Positions 53,642 to 64,000 of a stretch of 64,000 nt of DNA are shown here, piece by piece. This DNA is from Paragordius varius (taxonomy: Eukaryota > Animalia > Nematomorpha). Position 1 is the stretch's first letter, and each line of letters opens with the position of its first letter. Location of the stretch: the NCBI GenBank assembly GCA_964247055.1, contig OZ176050.1:558001-622000 (forward strand), read 5' to 3'. Under the pieces are notes generated by a model that saw only the letters and a program-made list of their open reading frames with translations, made no database searches and was not told the DNA's origin. A program made the translations under genes and the position numbers.

Positions 53642-56600
53642 GGCTACCTAAAATCCAAATTTGATCAGGTGATGTCACCATAATTTTTTTTGGGTAGCCC
53701 TATGGTAGTTCCATCATCACCCCAAATATTTTCGAGATCGGAGTATAAATGTAATTTTTATGAATTTTTTAAATATTTAAAAAATTTATTTTATACGATA
53801 TTAAAAATAAAAATGGCTACCTAAAATCCAAATTTGATCAGGTGATGTCACCATAATTTTTTTTGGGTAGCCCTATGGTAATTCCATCATCACCCCAAAT
53901 ATTGTCGAGATCGGAGTATAAATGTAATTTTTTTGAATTTTTTAAATATTTAAAAAATTTATTTTATACGATTTTAAAAATAAAAATGGCTACCTAAAAT
54001 CCAAATTTGATCAGGTGATGTCGCCATAATTTTTTTGGGTAGCCCTATGGTAGTTCCATCATCACCCCAAATATTTTGGGGATCGGACTTACGATTTTAA
54101 AAATAAAAATGGCTACCTAAAATCCAAATTTGATCAGGTGATGTCACCATAATTTTTTTTGGGTAGCCCTATGGTAGTTCCATCATCACCCCAAATATTT
54201 TCCAGATCATAGTATAAATGTAATTTTTATGAATTTTTTAAATATTTAAAACATTTATTTTATACGATTTTAAAAATAAAAATGGCTACCTAAAATCCAA
54301 ATTTGATCAGGTGATGTCACCATATTTTTTTTGGGTAGCCCTATGGTAGTACCATCATCACCCCAAATATTTTGGGGATCGGACTATAAATGTAATTTTT
54401 ATGAATTTTTTAAATATTTAAAAAATTTATTTTATACGATTTTAAAATAAAAATGGCTACCTAAAATTCAAATTTGATCAGGTGATGTCGCCATAATTTG
54501 GGTAGCCCTATGGTAGTTCCATCATCACCCCAAATATTTTCGAGATCGGAGTATAAATGTAATTTTTATGAATTTTTTAAATATTTAAAAAATTTATTTT
54601 CGATTTTAAAAATAAAAATGGCTACCTAAAATCCAAATTTGATCAGGTGATGTCACCATAATTTTTTTTGGGTAGCCTTATGGTAGTTCCATCATCACCC
54701 CAAATATTTTCAAGATCGGAGTATAAATGTAATTTTTATGAATTTTTTAAATATTTAAAAAATTTATTTTATACGATTTTAAAAATAAAAATGGCTACCT
54801 AAAATCCAAATTTGATCAAGTGATGTCGCCATAATTTTTTTTGGGTAGCCCTATAGTAGTTCCATCATCACCCCAAATATTTTCGAGATCGGAGTATAAA
54901 TGTAACTTTTATGAATTTTTTAAATATTTAAAAAATTTATTTTATACGATTTTAAAAATAAAAATGGCTACCTTAAATCCAAATTTGATCAGGTGATGTC
55001 GCCATAATTTTTTTTGGGTAGCCCTATGGTAGTTCCATCATCACCCCAAATATTTTTGAGATCGGACTTTAAATGTAATTTTTATGAATTTTTTAAATAT
55101 TTAAAAAATTTATTTTATACGATTTTAAAAATAAAAATGGCTACCTAAAATCCAAATTTGATCAGGTGATGTCGCCATAATTTTTTTTGGGTAGCCCTAT
55201 GGTAGTTCCATCATCACCCCAAATATTTTCGAGATCGGAGTATAAATGTAATTTTTATGAATTTTTTAAATATTTAAAAAATTTATTTTATACGATTTTA
55301 AAAATAAAAATGGCTACCTAAAATCCAAATTTGATCAGGTGATGTCACCATAATTTTTTTTGGGTAGCCCTATGGTAGTTCCATCATCACCCCAAATATT
55401 TTCGAGATCGGAGTATAAATGTAATTTTTATGAATTTTTAAATATTTAAAAAATTTATTTTATACGATTTTAAAAATAAAAATGGCTACCTAAAATCCAA
55501 ATTTGATCAGGTGATGTCGCCATAATTTTTTTTGCGTAGCCCTATGGTAGTTCCATCATCACCCCAAATATTTTCGAGATCGGAGTATAAGTGTAATTTT
55601 TTTGAATTTTTTAAATATTTAAAAAATTTATTTTATACGATTTTAAAAATAAAAATGGCTACCTAAAATCCAAATTTGATCAGGTGATGTCACTATAATT
55701 TTTTTGGGTAGCCCTATGGTAGTTCCATCATCACCCCAAATATTTTCGAGATCGGAGTATAAATGTAATTTTTATGAATTTTTTAAATATTTAAAAAATT
55801 TATTTTATACGATTTTAAAAATAAAAATGGCTACCTAAAATCCAAATTTGATCAGGTGATGTCGCTATAATTTTTTTTGGGTAGCCCTATGGTAGTTCCA
55901 TCATGACCCCAAATATTTTGGGGATCGGACTATAAATGTAATTTTTATGAAATTTTTAAATATTTAAAAAATTTATTTTATACGATTTTAAAAATAAAAA
56001 TGGCTACCTAAAATCCAAATTTGATCAGGTGATGTCACCATAATTTTTTTTGGGTAGCCCTATGGTAGTTCCATCATCACCCCAAATATTTTCGAGATCG
56101 GAGTATAAATATAATTTTTATGAATTTTTTAAATATTTAAAAAATTTATTTTATACGATTTTAAAAATAAAAATGGCTACCTAAAATCCAAATTTGATCA
56201 GGTGATGTCACCATAATTTTTTTGGGTAGCCCTATGGTAGTTCCATCATCACCCCAAATATTTTCGAGATCGGAGTATAAATGTAATTTTTATGAATTTT
56301 TTAAATATTTAAAAAATTTATTTTATACGATTTTAAAAATAAAAATGGCTACCTAAAATCCAAATTTGATCAGGTGATGTCGCCATAAATTTTTTTGCGT
56401 AGCCCTATGGTAGTTCCATCATCACCCCAAATATTGTCGAGATCGGAGTATAAATGTAGTTTTTTTGAATTTTTTAAATATTTAAAAAATTTATTTTATA
56501 CGATTTTAAAAATAAAAATGGCTACCTAAAATCCGAATTTGATCAGGTGATGTCACCATAATTTTTTATGGGTAGCCCTATGGTAGTTCCATCATCACCC

Positions 56601-57038
56601 CAAATATTTTCGAGATCGGACTATAAATGTAATTTTTATGAATTTTATAAATATTTAAAAAATTTATTTTATACGATTTTAAAAATAAAAATGGCTACCT
56701 AAAATATAAATTTGATCAGGTGATGTCACCATATTTTTTTTTGGGTAGCCCTATGGTAGTTCCATCATCACCCCAAATATTTTCGAGATCGGAGTATAAA
56801 TGTAATTTTTTTGAATTTTTTAAATATTTAAAAAATTTATTTTATACGATTTTAAAAATAAAAATGGCTACCTAAAATCCAAATTTGATCAGGTGATGTC
56901 GCCATAATTTTTTTTGGGTAGCCCTATGGTAGTTCCATCATAACCCCAAATATTTTTGAGATCCGACTTTAAATGTAATTTTTTTGAATTTTTTAAATAT
57001 TTAAAAAATTTATTTTATACGATTTTAAAAATAAAAAT

Positions 57039-60000
57039 GGCTACCTAAAATCCAAATTTGATCAGGTGATGTCGCCATTATTTTTTTTGGGTAGCCCTAT
57101 GGTAGTTCCATCATAACCCCAACTATTTTTGAGATCGGACTTTAAATGTAATTTTTTTGAATTTTTTAAATATTTAAAAAATTTATTTTATACGATTTTA
57201 AAAATAAAAATGGCTAATCCAAATTTGATCAGGTGATGTCACCATAATTTTTTTTGGGTAGCCCTATGGTAGTTCCATCATCACCCCAAATATTTTCGAG
57301 ATCGGAGTATAAATGTAATTTTTATGAATTTTTTAAATATTTAAAAAATTTATTTTATACGATTTTAAAAATAAAAATGGCTACCTAAAATCCAAATTTG
57401 ATCAGGTGATGTCACTATAATTTTTTTGGGTAGCCCTATGGTAGTTCCATCATCACCCCAAATATTTTGGGGATCGGACTATAAATGTAATTTTTATGAA
57501 TTTTTTAAATATTTAAAAAATTTATTTTATACGATTTTAAAAATAAAAATGGCTACCTAAAATCCAAATTTGATCAGGTGATGTCGCCATAATTTTTATT
57601 GGGTAGCCCTATGGTAGTTCCATCATCACCCCAAATATTTTCGAGATCGGAGTATAAATGTAATTTTTATGAATTTTTTAAATATTTAAAAAATTTATTT
57701 TATACGATTTTAAAAATAAAAATGGCTACCTAAAATCCAAATTTGATCAGGTGATGTCACCATAATTTTTTTGGGTAGCCCTATGGTAGATCCATCATCA
57801 CCCCAAATATTTTCGAGATCGGAGTATAAATGTAATTTTTATGAATTTTTTAAATATTTAAAAAATTTATTTTATACGATTTTAAAAATAAATGGCTACC
57901 TAAAAAATTTGATCAGGTGATGTCACCATAATTTTTTTTGGGTAGCCCTATGGTAGTTCCATCATCACCCCAAATATTTTCGAGATCGGAGTATAAATGT
58001 AATTTTTATGAATTTTTTAAATATTTAAAAAATTTATTTTATACGATTTTAAAAATAAAAATGGCTACCTAAAATCCAAATTTGATCAGGTGATGTCACC
58101 ATAATTTTTTTTGGGTAGCCCTATGGTAATTCCATCCTCACCCCAAATATTTTCGAGATCGGAGTATAAATGTAATTTTTATGAATTTTTTAAATATTTA
58201 AAAAATTTATTTTATACGATTTTAAAAATAAAAATGGCTACCTATCCAAATTTGATCAGGTGATGTCACCATAATTGTTTTTGGGTTACCCTATGATAAT
58301 TCCATCATCACCCCAAATATTGTCGAGATCGGAGTATAAATGTAATTTTTTTGAATTTTTTAAATATTTAAAAAATTTATTTTATACGATTTTAAAAATA
58401 AAAATGGCTACCTAAAATCAAAATTTGATCAGGTGATGTCGCCATAATTTTGTTTGGGTAGCCCTATGGTAGTTCCATCATCACCCCAAATATTTTGGGG
58501 ATCGGACTATAAATGTAATTTTTATGAATTTTTTAAATATTTAAAAAATTTATTTTATACGATTTTAAAAATAAAAATGGCTACCAAAAATCCAAATTTG
58601 ATCAGGTGATGTCACCATAATTTTTTTAAAATTTATTTTATACGATTTTAAAAATAAAAATGGCTACCTAAAATCCAAATTTGATCAGGTGATGTCACCA
58701 TAATTTTTTTTGGGTAGCCCTATGGTAGTTCCATCATCACCCCAAATATTTTCGAGATCGGAGTATAAATGTAATTTTTATGAATTTTTTAAATATTTAA
58801 AAAATTTATTTTATACGATTTTAAAAATAAATGGCTACCTAAAATCCAAATTTGATCAGGTGATGTCACCATAATTTTTTTTGGGTAGCCCTATGGTAGT
58901 TCCATCATCACCCCAAATATTTTCGAGATCGGAGTATAAATGTAATTTTTATGAATTTTTTAAATATTTAAAAAATTTATTTTATACGATTTTAAAAATA
59001 AAAATGGCTACCTATCCAAATTTGATCAGGTGATGTCACCATAATTGTTTTTGGGTAGTTCTATGATAATTCCATCATCACCCCAAATATTGTCGAGATC
59101 GGAGTATAAATGTAATTTTTTTGAATTTTTTAAATATTTAAAAAATTTATTTTATACGATTTTAAAAATAAAAATGGCTACCTAAAATCAAAATTTGATC
59201 AGGTGATGTCGCCATAATTTTTTTTGGGTAGCCCTATGGTAGTTCCATCATCACCCCAAATATTTTGGGGATCGGACTATAAATGTAATTTTTATGAATT
59301 TTTTAAATATTTAAAAAATTTATTTTATACGATTTTAAAAATAAAAATGGCTACCTAAAATCCAAATTTGATCAGGTGATGTCTCCATAATTTTTTTGGG
59401 TAGCCCTATGGTAGTTCCATCATCACCTCAAATATTTTGGGGATCGGACTATAAATGTAATTTTTATGAATTTTTTAAATATTTAAAAAATTTATTTTAT
59501 ACGATTTTAAAAATAAAAATGGCTACCTAAAATCCAAATTTGATCAGGTGATGTCACCATAATTTTTTTTGGGTAGCCCTATGGTAGTTCCATCATCACC
59601 CCAAATATTTTGGGGATCGGAGTATAAATGTAATTTTTATGAATTTTTTAAATATTTAAAAAATTTATTTTATACGATATTAATAATAAAAATGGCTACC
59701 TAAAATCCAAATTTGATCAGGTGATGTCACCATAATTTTTTTTGGGTAGCCCTATGGTAATTCCATCATCACCCCAAATATTTTCGAGATCGGAGTATAA
59801 ATGTAATTTTTATGAATTTTTTAAATATTTAAAAAATTTATTTTATACGATTTTAAAAATAAAAATGGCTACCTAAAATCCAAATTTGATCAGGTGATGT
59901 CGCCATTATTTTTTTTGGGTAGCCCTATGGTAGTTCCATCATAACCCCAACTATTTTTGAGATCGGACTTTAAATGTAATTTTTTTGAATTTTTTAAATA

Positions 60001-63000
60001 TTTAAAAAATTTATTTTATACGATTTTAAAATAAAAATGGCTAATCCAAATTTGATCAGGTGATGTCACCATAATTTTTTTTGGGTAGCCCTATGGTAGT
60101 TCCATCATCACCCCAAATATTTTCGAGATCGGAGTATAAATGTAATTTTTATGAATTTTTTAAATATTTAAAAAATTTATTTTATACGATTTTAAAAATA
60201 AAAATGGCTACCTAAAATCCAAATTTGATCAGGTGATGTCACTATAATTTTTTTGGGTAGCCCTATGGTAGTTCCATCATCACCCCAAATATTTTGGGGA
60301 TCGGACTATAAATGTAATTTTTATGAATTTTTTAAATATTTAAAAAATTTATTTTATACGATTTTAAAAATAAAAATGGCTACCTAAAATCCAAATTTGA
60401 TCAGGTGATGTCACCATAATTTTTTTTGGGTAGCCCTATGGTAGTTCCATCATCACCCCAAATATTTTGGGGATCGGACTATAAATGTAATTTTTATGAA
60501 TTTTTTAAATATTTAAAAAATTTATTTTATACGATTTTAAAAATAAAAATGGCTACCTAAAATCCAAATTTGATCAGGTGATGTCTCCATAATTTTTTTG
60601 GGTAGCCCTATGGTAGATCCATCATCACCCCAAATATTTTCGAGATCGGAGTATAAATGTAATTTTTATGAATTTTTTAAATATTTAAAAAATTTATTTT
60701 ATACGATTTTAAAAATAAAAATGGCTACCTAAAATCCAAATTTGATCAGGTGATGTCACCATAATTTTTTTTGGGTAGCCCTATGGTAGTTCCATCATCA
60801 CCCCAAATATTTTGGGGATCGGAGTATAAATGTAATTTTTATGAATTTTTTAAATATTTAAAAAATTTATTTTATACGATATTAAAAATAAAAATGGCTA
60901 CCTAAAATCCAAATTTGATCAGGTGATGTCACCATAATTTTTTTTGGGTAGCCCTATGGTAATTCCATCATCACCCCAAATATTTTCGAGATCGGAGTAT
61001 AAATGTAATTTTTATGAATTTTTTAAATATTTAAAAAATTTATTTTATACGATTTTAAAAATAAAAATGGCTACCTATCCAAATTTGATCAGGTGATGTC
61101 ACCATAATTGTTTTTGGGTTACCCTATGATAATTCCATCATCACCCCAAATATTGTCGAGATCGGAGTATAAATGTAATTTTTTTGAATTTTTTAAATAT
61201 TTAAAAAATTTATTTTATACGATTTTAAAAATAAAAATGGCTACCTAAAATCAAAATTTGATCAGGTGATGTCGCCATAATTTTGTTTGGGTAGCCCTAT
61301 GGTAGTTCCATCATCACCCCAAATATTTTGGGGATCGGACTATAAATGTAATTTTTATGAATTTTTTAAATATTTAAAAAATTTATTTTATACGATTTTA
61401 AAAATAAAAATGGCTACCAAAAATCCAAATTTGATCAGGTGATGTCACCATAATTTTTTTAAAATTTATTTTATACGATTTTAAAAATAAAAATGGCTAC
61501 CTAAAATCCAAATTTGATCAGGTGATGTCACCATAATTTTTTTTGGGTAGCCCTATGGTAGTTCCATCATCACCCCAAATATTTTCGAGATCGGAGTATA
61601 AATGTAATTTTTATGAATTTTTTAAATATTTAAAAAATTTATTTTATACGATTTTAAAAATAAATGGCTACCTAAAATCCAAATTTGATCAGGTGATGTC
61701 ACCATAATTTTTTTTGGGTAGCCCTATGGTAGTTCCATCATCACCCCAAATATTTTCGAGATCGGAGTATAAATGTGATTTTTATGAATTTTTTAAATAT
61801 TTAAAAAATTTATTTTATACGATTTTAAAAATAAAAATGGCTACCTAAAATCCAAATTTGATCAGGTGATGTCTCCATAATTTTTTTGGGTAGCCCTATG
61901 GTAGATCCATCATCACCCCAAATATTTTCGAGATCGGAGTATAAATGTAATTTTTATGAATTTTTTAAATATTTAAAAAATTTATTTTATACGATTTTAA
62001 AAATAAAAATGGCTACCTAAAATCCAAATTTGATCAGGTGATGTCACCATAATTTTTTTTGGGTAGCCCTATGGTAGTTCCATCATCACCCCAAATATTT
62101 TGGGGATCGGAGTATAAATGTAATTTTTATGAATTTTTTAAATATTTAAAAAATTTATTTTATACGATATTAAAAATAAAAATGGCTACCTAAAATCCAA
62201 ATTTGATCAGGTGATGTCACCATAATTTTTTTTGGGTAGCCCTATGGTAATTCCATCATCACCCCAAATATTTTCGAGATCGGAGTATAAATGTAATTTT
62301 TATGAATTTTTTAAATATTTAAAAAATTTATTTTATACGATTTTAAAAATAAAAATGGCTACCTATCCAAATTTGATCAGGTGATGTCACCATAATTGTT
62401 TTTGGGTAGTTCTATGATAATTCCATCATCACCCCAAATATTGTCGAGATCGGAGTATAAATGTAATTTTTTTGAATTTTTTAAATATTTAAAAAATTTA
62501 TTTTATACGATTTTAAAAATAAAAATGGCTACCTAAAATCCAAATTTGATCAGGTGATGTCACTATAATTTTTTTGGGTAGCCCTATGGTAGTTCCATCA
62601 TCACCCCAAATATTTTGGGGATCGGACTATAAATGTAATTTTTATGAATTTTTTAAATATTTAAAAAATTTATTTTATACGATTTTAAAAATAAAAATGG
62701 CTACCTAAAATCCAAATTTGATCAGGTGATGTCACCATAATTTTTTTTGGGTAGCCCTATGGTAGTTCCATCATCACCCCAAATATTTTGGGGATCGGAC
62801 TATAAATGTAATTTTTATGAATTTTTTAAATATTTAAAAAATTTATTTTATACGATTTTAAAAATAAAAATGGCTACCTAAAATCCAAATTTGATCAGGT
62901 GATGTCTCCATAATTTTTTTGGGTAGCCCTATGGTAGATCCATCATCACCCCAAATATTTTCGAGATCGGAGTATAAATGTAATTTTTATGAATTTTTTA

Positions 63001-64000
63001 AATATTTAAAAAATTTATTTTATACGATTTTAAAAATAAAAATGGCTACCTAAAATCCAAATTTGATCAGGTGATGTCACCATAATTTTTTTTGGGTAGC
63101 CCTATGGTAGTTCCATCATCACCCCAAATATTTTGGGGATCGGAGTATAAATGTAATTTTTATGAATTTTTTAAATATTTAAAAAATTTATTTTATACGA
63201 TATTAAAAATAAAAATGGCTACCTAAAATCCAAATTTGATCAGGTGATGTCACCATAATTTTTTTTGGGTAGCCCTATGGTAATTCCATCATCACCCCAA
63301 ATATTTTCGAGATCGGAGTATAAATGTAATTTTTATGAATTTTTTAAATATTTAAAAAATTTATTTTATACGATTTTAAAAATAAAAATGGCTACCTATC
63401 CAAATTTGATCAGGTGATGTCACCATAATTGTTTTTGGGTTACCCTATGATAATTCCATCATCACCCCAAATATTGTCGAGATCGGAGTATAAATGTAAT
63501 TTTTTTGAATTTTTTAAATATTTAAAAAATTTATTTTATACGATTTTAAAAATAAAAATGGCTACCTAAAATCAAAATTTGATCAGGTGATGTCGCCATA
63601 ATTTTGTTTGGGTAGCCCTATGGTAGTTCCATCATCACCCCAAATATTTTGGGGATCGGACTATAAATGTAATTTTTATGAATTTTTTAAATATTTAAAA
63701 AATTTATTTTATACGATTTTAAAAATAAAAATGGCTACCAAAAATCCAAATTTGATCAGGTGATGTCACCATAATTTTTTTAAAATTTATTTTATACGAT
63801 TTTAAAAATAAAAATGGCTACCTAAAATCCAAATTTGATCAGGTGATGTCACCATAATTTTTTTTGGGTAGCCCTATGGTAGTTCCATCATCACCCCAAA
63901 TATTTTCGAGATCGGAGTATAAATGTAATTTTTATGAATTTTTTAAATATTTAAAAAATTTATTTTATACGATTTTAAAAATAAATGGCTACCTAAAATC
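57039..64000. repeat. Right-end domain: 17-monomer (~2830 bp) and 14-monomer (2321 bp) higher-order repeats, each containing an 83-bp half monomer
   Basis: Offsets 2828 (57039/59867), 2833 (58236/61069; 58579/61412) and 2321 (60206/62527; 61069/63390; 61412/63733). Markers CTACCTATCC, GTCTCCAT, ATCAAAATT and GGCTAATCC were not seen earlier in the window. Confidence 0.85.

Larger units (their letters stand above)
1..64000. repeat. Tandem satellite DNA array, 173-bp monomer (172-173 typical; deletion variants down to 83 bp), ~370-375 head-to-tail copies in one orientation
   Basis: GGCTACCTAAAATCCAAATTTGATCAGGTGATG recurs throughout at 172-173 bp spacing (e.g. starts 4041 and 4214; 40277 and 40450; 50064 and 50237). 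The window begins at about monomer position 82 and ends 14 bp into a new monomer (63987). No non-repeat sequence was seen. Confidence 0.99.

Noticed and set aside
1-64000. CRISPR array
   Set aside because: No unique spacers: the sequence between conserved motifs is itself near-identical in every unit. The 173-bp period is far too long and there are no cas genes.
1-64000. Protein-coding genes or a repeat-encoded long ORF
   Set aside because: All frames hit stops in every monomer (ATGGCTACCTAA, ATGTCACCATAA). The longest ORF is 40 codons on + and about 17 codons from an ATG on the minus strand. The 173-bp period is not a multiple of 3.

Overview
All 64 kb is one uninterrupted head-to-tail array of an AT-rich (~26% GC) satellite. 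The consensus monomer is 173 bp (172 bp when the T-tract is T7), with roughly 370-375 copies, all in the same orientation. Consensus, phased from GGCTACC: GGCTACCTAAAATCCAAATTTGATCAGGTGATGTCACCATAATTTTTTTTGGGTAGCCCTATGGTAGTTCCATCATCACCCCAAATATTTTCGAGATCGGAGTATAAATGTAATTTTTATGAATTTTTTAAATATTTAAAAAATTTATTTTATACGATTTTAAAAATAAAAAT. I see no genes, RNA genes, transposon insertions, inversions, CRISPR spacers or unique DNA. I cannot assign the satellite family or species from memory; it does not resemble primate alpha satellite, Arabidopsis CEN180 or D. melanogaster 359-bp. A eukaryotic heterochromatic or centromeric origin is an inference. The interest lies in internal structure. (1) The monomer is dense in dyad symmetries, including a perfect 24-bp AT palindrome. 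(2) Common variants and deletions map onto those dyads; in one traceable lineage the palindrome is first extended to a perfect 30 bp and then deleted. (3) Diagnostic variants reveal nested, irregular higher-order repeats (2-, 5-, 6-, 7-, 9-, 14-, 17- and 31-mers, plus 9.8-14 kb block duplications) arranged in distinct domains. All offsets and counts were made by hand. I found no novel protein-coding system.
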